A stretch of 64,000 nt of DNA from Armatimonadota bacterium (GTDB taxonomy: Bacteria > Armatimonadota > Fimbriimonadia > Fimbriimonadales > Fimbriimonadaceae), in NCBI GenBank assembly GCA_031400935.1, contig JANNQV010000025.1, forward strand, positions 1 through 64,000, given 5' to 3'. Position 1 is the first letter of the stretch. Each line of letters starts with the position of its first letter. Below the pieces are notes generated by a model. The model did no database searches. It was not told the origin of the DNA and worked only from the letters and a program-made list of their open reading frames with translations. A program made the position numbers and the translations under genes. This document shows positions 1 through 9,465 of this stretch, one piece after another.

Positions 1-101
1 GGTCCCCTTGCGACAACTGTCATCGAAGCGAAATCGTATTCTGGTTTCAGAGAGTCATCGGTTTCAAATGTCTTTTTCATAGCTTTTTCTTTCAGATTCA
101 T
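1..101 (-). CDS. Partial small ORF (N-terminal 33 codons; the gene continues beyond the window start), putative antitoxin-like/DNA-binding protein
   Basis: ATG at 101..99 on the minus strand, read by hand as MNLKEKAMKKTFETDDSLKPEYDFASMTVVARGP. The KPEYDF motif resembles C-terminal regions of small type II antitoxins. It lies next to the DUF433/DUF5615 pair. It is not in the supplied ORF track because it is truncated. Confidence 0.25.
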   Translation of the reverse strand, partial: MNLKEKAMKKTFETDDSLKPEYDFASMTVVARG

Positions 102-125
102 TTAGCTCAAAGCGAATTCGGTTCG

Positions 126-455
126 CTATGGAATGGCAAGCAAACTCGCATTTTCTTCGATTTCAAAATCTAAGAGTTGCTGATGGCGCTGTCTCAATAG
201 AGATTCAACCAGATTTGTACGGCAATTTCCGAGCCGAATCCAGACGACCTTTGGTGGACCGCCTAGAACCATAGCTCTTTGCTGAAAGTCAGAGTCTTTG
301 CTAACAATAGTGAGGCCGTTCACCTTTGAGAAATCCCAGATTTCTGAGTCAGAGGACTCAATGCCAATTGAAACTACATGAATTGAATCTGGATAGAAGT
401 CAACTAGCAGTTCAACCAAATCTGGCGAAAGATTCGCATCGAACAGCAACTTCAT
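126..455 (-). CDS. DUF5615 family PIN-like toxin (Mut7-C-like)
   Basis: 109-aa ORF beginning MKLLFDANLSPDLVELL. It overlaps the upstream DUF433 gene by 4 bp, the classic two-gene TA arrangement. Confidence 0.6.
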   Translation of the reverse strand: MKLLFDANLSPDLVELLVDFYPDSIHVVSIGIESSDSEIWDFSKVNGLTIVSKDSDFQQRAMVLGGPPKVVWIRLGNCRTNLVESLLRQRHQQLLDFEIEENASLLAIP

Positions 456-736
456 TCGATAGGTGCCGCCAACCTACGTTCTCTCTCAGCCGCGAACGCT
501 AAACATGCTCGAATGTCTGTTTCGGTTAAGTAGGGAAACTCCTTAAGAATTTGCTCGTGCGACATTCCTGAAGCCAGATAGTCCAAAACGTCTGAAACGG
601 TAACTCTCATTCCACGAATGCATGGCTTTCCGCTTCGCTTATCCGGTTCAACGGTTATCACTTCTTGCCAGTTCATCTTCATATTGTACAGCAGAATTGT
701 AGCGTGCCAATTTTGAAGAATGACTCTAGCGAACAA
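452..736 (-). CDS. DUF433 family antitoxin-like protein
   Basis: 94 aa with a DUF433-like core (EPDKRSGKPCIRGMRVTVSDVLDYLASGMSHEQILKEFPYLTETDIRACLAFA). It is directly upstream of the DUF5615 gene and overlaps it. Confidence 0.6.
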   Translation of the reverse strand: MFARVILQNWHATILLYNMKMNWQEVITVEPDKRSGKPCIRGMRVTVSDVLDYLASGMSHEQILKEFPYLTETDIRACLAFAAERERRLAAPIE

Positions 737-741
737 ATGTG

Positions 742-840
742 CCCCTCACCCTCAGCTTCGCAGGTCCCTCTCCCCCACCAAGCTCCCCGATTTTTCCCTG
801 CGGCGGGGCAGGCGTTCCTCGCTGTGGGGGAGAGGGAACC
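742..840. repeat. C-rich/G-rich inverted repeat (CCTCTCCCCCAC ... GTGGGGGAGAGG); member of the GTGGGGAGAG dispersed motif family
   Basis: 12-bp inverted repeat at 767..778 and 824..835. The same GTGGGGAGAG core recurs at 42077..42090 and 51611..51622. It lies between the glgP stop and the TA operon start. Confidence 0.4.
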
Positions 841-863
841 TTAACTGCAAATGGGAAGGAGAA

Positions 864-3434
864 CTACCCCCCATTCTGCCAAACGACACAGTTCAGCTCG
901 GCAGGAATTACGATATCCTCATGCTTCGGAACAATTCGGAAGGCGTACCCAATTTCCCCAGCCGATTCGAGCTGGACTGAAGTCTCATAACGAAGAGGTG
1001 CAGCCTCGGATTCGATAAGAGACATATTCAGGACCTGGCTGCTGCCAATATCCCGGCTCGATTCGACCGGCCCATAAACTAGCTGAACATCAACTTCATT
1101 TGGCGAGAGGCTGCCAAGTGCTACTTCGGCTTGGAAATTGATGACTGCACCTACAATTGGCTCACCAGAAGTTTCCGCATTTGTGGAAACAAACTTCGCC
1201 TTTGGAAGCTCTGTTCGAATTCGAGCTCGCCAGTCTAAAGCCGCCTGCGCTCTGCTAAGCCCGTTCGTAGTGAGGGCCTGAAAGGCGTTCCAGGCTGGCA
1301 CATAGAAATTCCGCGCATAATCGCTCACCATTCGGGCAGTTGAGAATTGTGGCGAATGCTGCGCCATCGAGCGTTTCATCATGTGAATCCATTCATGCGG
1401 CAAGCCTTCATGGTTTCGGTTATAGAATTTCGGCCCGATTTCAGATTCGATTAGATGATAGAGTGCTTGGCTGTCAATCCAATCCTGCTGGCTTTCGTCA
1501 GGGAACTGCCGTTCGTCGCCAATCGCCCACCCGATTCCCGCTTCGTACGCTTCATCCCACCAACCATCGAGTACTGAGCAGTTCAGCCCGCCGTTCGGAA
1601 CGACCTTCATACCGCTGGTTCCGCTGGCTTCATGAGGGCGTCGAGGGTTATTAAGCCATACGTCCACACCTTGAACAAGGCGCCGAGCTACTTCCATATC
1701 GTAGTCTTCTAAGAAGACCATTCTCGACCTTGCGCCTTCGTCTTTCATAAAGGTCACGAGTTCTTGAATCAGCTTTTTGCCTCCATCATCCTTTGGGTGA
1801 CTCTTTCCTGCAATTACGATCTGGACTGGGCGTTCGGGATGGTAGAGAATGGCTTTCAACCGATCCTTATCGCTGAGCATGAGCGCAGCACGTTTATATG
1901 TTGCAAATCGCCTTGCAAAGCCGATTGTAAGGATGTCTGGGTCGAGAACGGTTTCGGCTTCCATCAAATCAAGCGGAGTTGCACCACGGCGTTTTAGGTT
2001 GGATTTCAACCTGCTACGCGAAAATCGAACAAGTTCCTTTCGAAGGGTTGCCTTTGTCTCCCACAATTCGCGGTCGTCAATCTGCCAAACCCGATTCCAA
2101 ATCTCTGAATCAGAAGATTGGGATCGCCATTCCAGTCCAATCGCACGATCCAAAAGTTCAGCTATGGGCTGACTGATCCATGTTGTCGTGTGAATTCCGT
2201 TCGTAACGGCCTGAATGGGAACTTCGTCTTCTGGATACCCCGGCCAACGCGAATGGAACATTCCCCGGGTTACTTTGGCGTGGAGTTTCGCCACGCCATT
2301 CAGGTAGTTCGCGTTTTCCATTGCGAATACCGCCATGTTGAAGGCTTCGCCTTCGTTTTCTTGATCGAGCTTGCCCAATTGAGCAAATTCTTCAAATGTA
2401 ATTCCCAATGGAGCGATATGGTGTCCGACATATTTTTGAAGGGTTTCAACTGCAAACAAGTCGAATCCAGCAGGTACCGGCGTATGCGTTGTGAAGACAT
2501 TTGAACTGACCACGATCTTGCGAGCGGTTCGAAAGTCCGTTCCGAAATCTTCCATCACTTGGCGAATTCGCTCGATAGTGAGGAACGCTGCATGTCCTTC
2601 GTTCATATGGCAAACGTCGGGCCGTTTGCCGACGGCACGGAGTGCTCTCATCCCTCCAATCCCCAGAATGATCTCTTGGCAAAGGCGCATTTCCTGGTCG
2701 CCTCCATAGAGGGTGTCGGTGATGTTCTGGTCGCCTGGGGCGTTTTCTAGAACGTTGGAATCTAAGAGGTATAGCTCAATTTTCCCGACAATCGCCTTCC
2801 AAATTTGACACGTAATGATACGGTCGAGGACTTCGACTTTAATCGTGATTGGCCGGTTATCTTCTCCTCGGACAATCGAAATCGGCATATTATGAAAGTC
2901 TGAAGTCAAATATTCTTCTTGCTGCCATCCGTCCGAATTCAGCCTCTGTCGGAAATATCCTCTTGAATAGAGCAGCCCGACCCCAACAAGAGGAATCCCC
3001 AAATCGCTCGCTGCCTTCAGGTGGTCGCCTGCCAAAATTCCAAGGCCGCCGGAATAAATCGGAAGCGATTCTGTGATCCCAAATTCAGCGCAAAAATACG
3101 CGATGATTTGGTTTTTGCCCCCGCTAAGGAATCCGAAATTTGTGGCTGGCTGCGAGAGATAATCGTCCAGATTATTCGCAATTCTTTGGACCCGCTCTAC
3201 GAAGTCTTCGTTCTTGGCTAGCTCTTGCAGCCGCTCCGATTTCGCTCGAAGGATGAGTTTGATCGGGTTGTGCTCGACGATATCCCATAGCTCGCGGTCA
3301 ATTTCTCGAAAGAGATTTCGGGCGTCGTGATTCCAAGACCAATAGAGGTTTTCGGCAATTCGGCGAAGGTCGGAAATCTCGGCTGGCAGGTTCTGAGCGA
3401 CGCCTAAGGTGTGGGAATATCGAGGAAATCTCAT
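864..3434 (-). CDS. glgP: Alpha-glucan (glycogen/maltodextrin) phosphorylase, GT35 family
   Basis: 856 aa. The PLP-lysine region EASGTSGMKVVPNGGLNCSVLDGWW matches the glycogen phosphorylase signature. The architecture resembles the alpha-glucan phosphorylase clade with an N-terminal DUF3417-like region. Confidence 0.85.
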   Translation of the reverse strand: MRFPRYSHTLGVAQNLPAEISDLRRIAENLYWSWNHDARNLFREIDRELWDIVEHNPIKLILRAKSERLQELAKNEDFVERVQRIANNLDDYLSQPATNFGFLSGGKNQIIAYFCAEFGITESLPIYSGGLGILAGDHLKAASDLGIPLVGVGLLYSRGYFRQRLNSDGWQQEEYLTSDFHNMPISIVRGEDNRPITIKVEVLDRIITCQIWKAIVGKIELYLLDSNVLENAPGDQNITDTLYGGDQEMRLCQEIILGIGGMRALRAVGKRPDVCHMNEGHAAFLTIERIRQVMEDFGTDFRTARKIVVSSNVFTTHTPVPAGFDLFAVETLQKYVGHHIAPLGITFEEFAQLGKLDQENEGEAFNMAVFAMENANYLNGVAKLHAKVTRGMFHSRWPGYPEDEVPIQAVTNGIHTTTWISQPIAELLDRAIGLEWRSQSSDSEIWNRVWQIDDRELWETKATLRKELVRFSRSRLKSNLKRRGATPLDLMEAETVLDPDILTIGFARRFATYKRAALMLSDKDRLKAILYHPERPVQIVIAGKSHPKDDGGKKLIQELVTFMKDEGARSRMVFLEDYDMEVARRLVQGVDVWLNNPRRPHEASGTSGMKVVPNGGLNCSVLDGWWDEAYEAGIGWAIGDERQFPDESQQDWIDSQALYHLIESEIGPKFYNRNHEGLPHEWIHMMKRSMAQHSPQFSTARMVSDYARNFYVPAWNAFQALTTNGLSRAQAALDWRARIRTELPKAKFVSTNAETSGEPIVGAVINFQAEVALGSLSPNEVDVQLVYGPVESSRDIGSSQVLNMSLIESEAAPLRYETSVQLESAGEIGYAFRIVPKHEDIVIPAELNCVVWQNGG

Positions 3435-3484
3435 GGCAACTAGGGAATTATCGGTTGGCTAGAGAAGGTACCTGGAAAATTTCT

Positions 3485-3630
3485 AGGAGCGTTGGCAAGT
3501 TGCTTCCAAGTGGTCGGCATGTGGCTAGCATGTTGAAGCCATCGGTAGAGCAACTTGCCAACAACCTGCCTAACACTTGCCAACAACTTGCCGACAACCT
3601 GAAGACCACTTGCAAACAACATGCCGACGA
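3485..3630. repeat. Array of imperfect direct repeats TTGCCAACAAC (x4, spacing 22/11/22 bp) plus an inverted copy, in the divergent glgP/SPFH intergenic region
   Basis: Repeat starts at 3555, 3577, 3588 and 3610. Inverted copy GTTGGCAAGTTGC at 3491..3503 versus GCAACTTGCCAAC at 3550..3562. Confidence 0.5.
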
Positions 3631-3680
3631 AGTGAATTCTCAGCAGGAATTTCCAAACTCATGCCGAATTCCCTCATTGG

Positions 3681-4760
3681 TTGCCTATGGACCTTAATCA
3701 ACTAAAGAAGGCATTTCAAGATATTGCCGAGCAGGCGCAACAGGCTCAGCAGGTACAAATCGCTAAGCAGCAACAAATTGGTGCACCGCCACCTGACCCT
3801 TTCGACGATTCAGGCCCACTGACTCCTGCGAGCCAATATCCTGCGGCCCGGCGAAAGCGGCAACCCACTTTGGAGAGAACTATGATCGTCAATTACCTTT
3901 CATTTATCGTCTGGATCGTCTTAATGGGCATCGGATGGATGCTCTTCGGAAGCCAATTCCGGGTCAGTGCCTCTTCATTTGGTGAAGCTCCATTTGGCAT
4001 GGCGTTCGCATGGTTTATTGGAAGCTGTCTGATTGCAAGCTCTCTCAAGCTCGCAGCGCAATGGGAACGAGTTCTTGTCTTTCGACTAGGCAAATACGGC
4101 AGAACTACTGGTCCTGGCGTGTTTTTCGTGATTCCACTATTAGAGCAAACTCGAGCAATTGATACGCGTGTGATCACCGTTGACATTCCACGACAAGAGG
4201 CGATCACAAAGGACAACGTTCCCATCGCCATTGATGGCGTTGTGTTCTTGCGCGTGGTTCGCCCCGATCAAGCCGTTATCAACGTTCAGGATTACATGTT
4301 CGCCATCGTTCAATTTGGGCGTTCTGCTTTGCGCGATGTCATCGGCGGTCGAACTCTTGACGAGGTCTTGAGTGAAAGAGAGGGCATCGGCAAGCAAATT
4401 GGGGAAATGCTGAAGACAGAAACCGAGCATTGGGGAATGGAGGTGGATGGAATTCGCATTCAAGACATCCTTTTGCCTGAAGACCTGAAGAAGGTCATGA
4501 GCCGCCAAGCTGGAGCTGAGCGGGAAAAGAGGGCGAACATTACCAAGTCTGAAGGCGATGCCATTGCCGCTGAAAACCTGGCGAAAGCAGCAAAAACCAT
4601 GCTTACCAGCCCTGGCGCGATGCAGTTGCGATCACTTCAGACCATAGACGGCCTTGGGCCCACGGCTTCCAATACTGTGGTGCTTTGTGTGCCGATAGAG
4701 GTTATGGAGGCGGTTGACGCCATCGCCAAGGCAAAGAGGGCGCATCAGGAGAAGGAGTGA
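3681..4760 (+). CDS. SPFH/band-7 (stomatin/slipin-like) membrane protein with a Q/P-rich N-terminal extension
   Basis: TM helix (IVNYLSFIVWIVLMGIGWMLF) followed by an SPFH core (VFRLGKYGRTTGPGVFFVIPLLE...). An alternative start at MIVNY (about 3882) is possible. Confidence 0.7.
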   Translation: MPMDLNQLKKAFQDIAEQAQQAQQVQIAKQQQIGAPPPDPFDDSGPLTPASQYPAARRKRQPTLERTMIVNYLSFIVWIVLMGIGWMLFGSQFRVSASSFGEAPFGMAFAWFIGSCLIASSLKLAAQWERVLVFRLGKYGRTTGPGVFFVIPLLEQTRAIDTRVITVDIPRQEAITKDNVPIAIDGVVFLRVVRPDQAVINVQDYMFAIVQFGRSALRDVIGGRTLDEVLSEREGIGKQIGEMLKTETEHWGMEVDGIRIQDILLPEDLKKVMSRQAGAEREKRANITKSEGDAIAAENLAKAAKTMLTSPGAMQLRSLQTIDGLGPTASNTVVLCVPIEVMEAVDAIAKAKRAHQEKE

Positions 4761-4763
4761 GCT

Positions 4764-5723
4764 TCAAATTCTCAGCCCTTGCTTCATCAACCACTCGTCA
4801 TCCAGGAACTTGCTCATATAGTTCCGAATGGAATCGGGAAGAACGACCACGATCCTTTCGCCGCCTTTGCATTCGCGGGCGATTTCTTCAACAGCTATCA
4901 GCGCGGAACCAGTCGAGCCGCCGACCAGCAAACCCTCTTCCCGAATGCACCTACGCGCCCAGCGGAACGAGTCTTCATCCTCGGTCTTCACCCAACGATC
5001 AATCACGCTCAGGTCAAGAGCTTCAGGAAAGAAATCGTAGCCGATTCCTTCCACCAAATACGGCCCGCCAGGTTCTCCTCCGCCCAAGATCGAGCCTTCG
5101 GGGTCTGCTCCAACGATCATGCAAGAGGGAAGTTGCTCTTTCAGATATCTTCCAATTCCAGAAATCGTGCCGCCCGTCCCAACTCCGGCGACCACATAAT
5201 CTAAGTTGCCATCCATCTGCTCAAAAATCTCTCGCCCAGTTCCAAAATAGTGCGCTGCGATGTTGTCGGGATTGGCATATTGATCGAGAATGTGCGAATT
5301 CTGCGTTTCCTCGTTCATCTTTCGGGCAACGCTGAACAGCGAATCTTCATCGTCTCGGGCGGCTTCTGTGCGAGTTCGGATTATCTTTGCCCCAAGCGCT
5401 TCCATCGTGCGCTGCTTTTCCATGCTCATCTTCATTGGCATGGCGATAATTAGCGGGTGCCCGAGAACTGCGCACGCCATCGCAAGCCCGATGCCTGTAT
5501 TGCCGCTGGTGGCCTCGATAATCGTGTCGCCTGGCTTCACCCTGCCTGACTTTTTGGCTTCCACAAGCATCCGAACGCCGATGCGGTCTTTCACCGATCC
5601 GCCAGGGTTCAGGTATTCACATTTCCCCCAGACTTCGACCGGATATTGCGCGAAGAGCTTGTTGATTCGGACCATCGGAGTGTTGCCGACAGCTTCAAGG
5701 ATTGTTGGAAAAGCGGTGTTCAT
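4764..5723 (-). CDS. cysK: PLP-dependent cysteine synthase / cystathionine beta-synthase family enzyme
   Basis: Motifs GGSVKDR, TSGNTGIGLA and GxGTGGT. The start is chosen at the internal Met (MNTAFP) because the upstream extension lies inside the lrp gene. The ATG overlaps the lrp stop as ATGA. Confidence 0.8.
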   Translation of the reverse strand: MNTAFPTILEAVGNTPMVRINKLFAQYPVEVWGKCEYLNPGGSVKDRIGVRMLVEAKKSGRVKPGDTIIEATSGNTGIGLAMACAVLGHPLIIAMPMKMSMEKQRTMEALGAKIIRTRTEAARDDEDSLFSVARKMNEETQNSHILDQYANPDNIAAHYFGTGREIFEQMDGNLDYVVAGVGTGGTISGIGRYLKEQLPSCMIVGADPEGSILGGGEPGGPYLVEGIGYDFFPEALDLSVIDRWVKTEDEDSFRWARRCIREEGLLVGGSTGSALIAVEEIARECKGGERIVVVLPDSIRNYMSKFLDDEWLMKQGLRI

Positions 5724-6184
5724 AGGGGTAGCGCCAAGGATGATTTCGGATTTGCCAAAACAAAAGAGCTTTTGATTTGTTGAATCCCTTTGATATGACT
5801 GAGCTTGAGCCGAATCAGATGCTCGTATGCTCGAATATCGGGCACTAGAATCTTGAGAAGGAAGTCGAATTCGCCGCTGACGTGATAGCATTCGACGATT
5901 TCGGGAATATCTCCAACGCTCTTGCGGAACCTCTCGATGGGTTGATCCTGGTGCAGCGAAAGACTAACCATTGCCCAAACTGTGATTCCAAAGCCTAGTT
6001 TTTCGGCATCTAGAACGGCAACATATTTTTTAATCAGCCCTGATTTTTCGAGATTTCGGACCCGGTGCAATGCAGAGGGCGGCGAGAGCTCGATCCGGTT
6101 AGCAAGCTCGGCGTTCGTGATCCTGCCATCCGCCTGTAGTATCCTCAATATCTGTAAATCAACATCGTCCAAAGAGTCCTTCAT
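5720..6184 (-). CDS. lrp: Lrp/AsnC family transcriptional regulator
   Basis: 154 aa. N-terminal HTH (DLQILRILQADGRITNAELANRIELSPPSALHRVRNLEKSG) and a C-terminal RAM domain. Confidence 0.85.
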   Translation of the reverse strand: MKDSLDDVDLQILRILQADGRITNAELANRIELSPPSALHRVRNLEKSGLIKKYVAVLDAEKLGFGITVWAMVSLSLHQDQPIERFRKSVGDIPEIVECYHVSGEFDFLLKILVPDIRAYEHLIRLKLSHIKGIQQIKSSFVLANPKSSLALPL

Positions 6185-6362
6185 TTGAAAGAGATTCTAT
6201 CCGATGTGAATCTCAAGAATGTCGCAGATTGATTGTGAAAGTGCAATTAGTACTAACAAAGCTCCATAATTTTGTCTCTAGAGCTAACATTTCTGAGCAT
6301 TGAGGTTGGAATGGACAATATGCGATTGCATTTTGAATTTCGAAACGCTACAATATCGGGAG

Positions 6363-8162
6363 ATGATTGAAGAGTTGACTTTGCCGCGCTGGGATGTATC
6401 CGCCTATTTTCCAAGCTTGGTTTCTGAGGAGTTTTCAGCGGCGGAGATGGAATTGAAATTTTCAATTGCCGCCCTAGAAAAAAGCATTCTGGAGCTTGGA
6501 GACTTGAACCCGAACTCACCAGAATTGGTCTCTTCGTTTGAAAACGTTTTGAAGCTCTACAACGAAACTGCAGATCAGTTGCGCTTGATTTCAACTTATG
6601 TTCGGTGTTTTGTCAATACAGATTCCAAGGATGATGTCGCGCTTCACAAGGATTCCGAGCTTGACCCATTTCGCGTTGCGTTGCAAGCCATTCGAACTAG
6701 GTGGGTAGGCATCATTCGAGAAACTGACATAGAATCGCTATTTTCAAAGAGTGATTTGCTGAAAGATCATGAGTTTGCTTTTCAGAAAGCCAAAGTAGTT
6801 GCAAATCACCAAATGTCGGAACCTGAAGAGCTACTTGCAGGGCAGCTTCGCACTACTGGATCACAGTCCTGGGAGAAGCTGTACGGAAGCTACACTTCAA
6901 TACTCGAAGGCGATGTTGTAGTACGAGGCGAGAAAAAGCGCCTACCCATGAGTTCGATTCGGGCGTTGGCGTACGATCCAATTGAGGCGACTCGTGAGTC
7001 CGCCTACTGCACTGAACTTAGAGTTTGGGAGAGTCATCGAGTGCCTTTAGCAGCTACGTTGAATGCGATCAAAGGGGAACACATTTCGTTGAGCAAGCGG
7101 CGAGATTGGAATTCTCCGCTTGATGAGTCCCTGTTTTCTGCAAATATTGACCGAGAGATTCTTGGTGCCATGCAGGAAGCTATTCGCGAAGCATTGCCGG
7201 TTTGGCGAAAGTATTTGAAGGTAAAGGGAAAGCGATTGGGCTATACGAACGGCCTTCCATGGTTTAGCCTTTTCGCGCCGATAGGAGGGCAGTCGAAGGG
7301 CGAATGGAACTACATCCAAGGCTCCGAAGCTATCTATGAGGCGTTTTCCGAATACGATAATGACCTTGTTGAGTATGCGAAGTTTGCAATTCAGTCGCAA
7401 TGGGTTGATGCAGAGCCAAGGTCTGGCAAAGTTGATGGTGCCTATTGTGCGGGAACGATGAACGGCGAATCGCGAATCTTGATGAACTTTAAGCCCTCCT
7501 TTAGCTCCGTTAGCACTCTTGCACATGAATTGGGTCATGGCTACCACAACTGGCTCCTTAAGGATCGAACTTCGGCTCAACGCCAAACACCTATGACACT
7601 TGCGGAAACTGCGAGCATCTTTTGTGAAACGCTTTTAGTACGTCATGGCATTCGAAACAAATCGGGTGAAGAGGTTCTGCAGATTCTCGAAGCTTCGCTA
7701 ATGGGAAATTGCCAGGTGATTGTGGACATACATAGCAGGTTCCTATTTGAAAAGGAAGTTTTTGACCGTAGAGGATCAAGCGAACTATCTGCAGACGAAT
7801 TGTGCTCGGTAATGAAGAAGGCGCAGCTAGATTCCTATGGCGATGGCCTGGATTCTGATTATCTGCATCCTTACATGTGGGCTGCCAAATCACACTACTA
7901 TTCTGGATTGCAAAGTTTCTACAATTATCCGTACACGTTTGGATTGTTGTTTGGTTTGGGGCTGTTTGCAATTTTCGAAGCCGAACCAAAGGGTTTTTCG
8001 GAACGGTACAAAAATCTGCTGTCCTCGACAGGAATGATGGATGCGGACGATTGCGCGAAAGAATTCGGAATCAATATTCGATCTAAAGACTTCTGGAAAG
8101 CAAGTCTCGGAGTTCTGGAACAATCCGTCAATCAATTTGTTGAGTTATCGCTAGTTTCATGA
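6363..8162 (+). CDS. pepF: M3 family oligoendopeptidase (PepF-like)
   Basis: HELGHGYH zinc-binding HExxH motif with M3-like length and composition. The ORF opens at 6300; the Met at 6363 is the more plausible start. Confidence 0.8.
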   Translation: MIEELTLPRWDVSAYFPSLVSEEFSAAEMELKFSIAALEKSILELGDLNPNSPELVSSFENVLKLYNETADQLRLISTYVRCFVNTDSKDDVALHKDSELDPFRVALQAIRTRWVGIIRETDIESLFSKSDLLKDHEFAFQKAKVVANHQMSEPEELLAGQLRTTGSQSWEKLYGSYTSILEGDVVVRGEKKRLPMSSIRALAYDPIEATRESAYCTELRVWESHRVPLAATLNAIKGEHISLSKRRDWNSPLDESLFSANIDREILGAMQEAIREALPVWRKYLKVKGKRLGYTNGLPWFSLFAPIGGQSKGEWNYIQGSEAIYEAFSEYDNDLVEYAKFAIQSQWVDAEPRSGKVDGAYCAGTMNGESRILMNFKPSFSSVSTLAHELGHGYHNWLLKDRTSAQRQTPMTLAETASIFCETLLVRHGIRNKSGEEVLQILEASLMGNCQVIVDIHSRFLFEKEVFDRRGSSELSADELCSVMKKAQLDSYGDGLDSDYLHPYMWAAKSHYYSGLQSFYNYPYTFGLLFGLGLFAIFEAEPKGFSERYKNLLSSTGMMDADDCAKEFGINIRSKDFWKASLGVLEQSVNQFVELSLVS

Positions 8163-8226
8163 TTTTTGAAGCAGTTTAAATGCCCCGTCCTTGGAGAGAG
8201 AACGGAGCAACAGTCATTCTACAAAA

Positions 8227-9279
8227 CTACGGATAGAACTGCCATTCAATCTCGTCGCAACGCTCAGTCCAACCGTCAATGTCACTAACATCTGCTGTTG
8301 GAACCCAGAACAGTTGTGCTCTGCTTTGTCCGGTAGTGGAATTTATATAGTTGGCAACATTTGTCGTAATGTCGATATTCAAGATCGCATCCGCGATTGT
8401 GGTGATTCTGTTCGCAATGTTGTTGAAACTTGACGTCGAATAGTTGTAAGCACGAAGAAACTCTATAAGGTCGTTCCTTGAAGCCGCAGTTTCACGCCGA
8501 ATTCTGATTTTCGATGGACTGTTAAGGGCTACAGGCAACGTCGAGGGTCGAGTTGTCGCCATTGTCAGTGTTGCATTGGCATCAAATTCGTCATTGAGAA
8601 TGAAAACTGGATCATTGTCGCTCAAGTGAAGAGAGCCAAGGGTTCCACCAAAATCTAGACCAGTATCAATCGTATATGAGGTAGCGTCAGTTGAAAGGAA
8701 ACTGAGTGCAGATACATTGTCAATTCCGACTGTCGCTGCTGCTCCTTCTCCTCCAGAGCTTGGCGGATCAAAGTCGTTGCGAATTTGCAAAAAACTGTTG
8801 GCTGCGAAAGTGGCAGCTAATGTATCTGTGCCCCAAACGAGAACCATGTTTGATGCTCGCAAGAAATACGTTGCGGTTACCCACCCGCTGTTTCCCGGAA
8901 GCGAGAAGCCAGGGTGAGTCACCCATCTTGCTCCTGTTGGGCCGTTAAACATGAGACGCATGTTGAGGGGAACAGCCGAAAAGTTCTTAATGTCCATCCG
9001 GACAATCGTGACTCCAGCCGAAGTGTAGTTCCCGCTCCATTGAAGATTGTTGTTCACTGCAGGTACCGATCCAGTTCCAAATCCACCAAGGCCTGTGAAT
9101 TGCAAGTAAGCATCTGTAGCACCTGCAGGACCACCCGAAGCGATGTTTACGGGATTCGCTCCACCTGACCAAAATAAAGTTGTCCCGTCTGTAAAGGTGT
9201 CAACCTGGCCCAAAACAACTTGTGCGTTGGCAGTCAAAGAAGTTATTACAAATGCAAAAAAAATAAAAATTCGTTTCAT
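8227..9279 (-). CDS. Secreted hypothetical protein, paralog of the 34040..35590 product (shared C-terminal module)
   Basis: Signal peptide MKRIFIFFAFVITSLTANAQ. The C-terminal roughly 140 aa aligns with the 34040..35590 product (SRNDLIEFLRAYNYSTSSF / SRNDITEFWQFRNYATSSW; LFWVPTADVSDIDGWT / YLWVPQADVSNIDGWT). Confidence 0.6.
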   Translation of the reverse strand: MKRIFIFFAFVITSLTANAQVVLGQVDTFTDGTTLFWSGGANPVNIASGGPAGATDAYLQFTGLGGFGTGSVPAVNNNLQWSGNYTSAGVTIVRMDIKNFSAVPLNMRLMFNGPTGARWVTHPGFSLPGNSGWVTATYFLRASNMVLVWGTDTLAATFAANSFLQIRNDFDPPSSGGEGAAATVGIDNVSALSFLSTDATSYTIDTGLDFGGTLGSLHLSDNDPVFILNDEFDANATLTMATTRPSTLPVALNSPSKIRIRRETAASRNDLIEFLRAYNYSTSSFNNIANRITTIADAILNIDITTNVANYINSTTGQSRAQLFWVPTADVSDIDGWTERCDEIEWQFYP

Positions 9280-9465
9280 AGCGTTGCTCTCCCTAAGATT
9301 ATGACGCCAACGATCAGCGATTCGGCATAGTACCGCACCGTGAAATTACTGGAAATTCGAGTAAAGGCGTACAGTTTGTTGGTCGCTGATTTGTCGAATT
9401 TTGGTTGGAACGTGAGCCGCCGTTTGAACCGATCTTAGCTTTCAACATGGTATTCTGCCAGCTTC

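Noticed and set aside
1340-3221. Multiple 60-130-aa plus-strand ORFs inside glgP
   Set aside because: They are antisense frames of a well-supported 856-aa phosphorylase gene.
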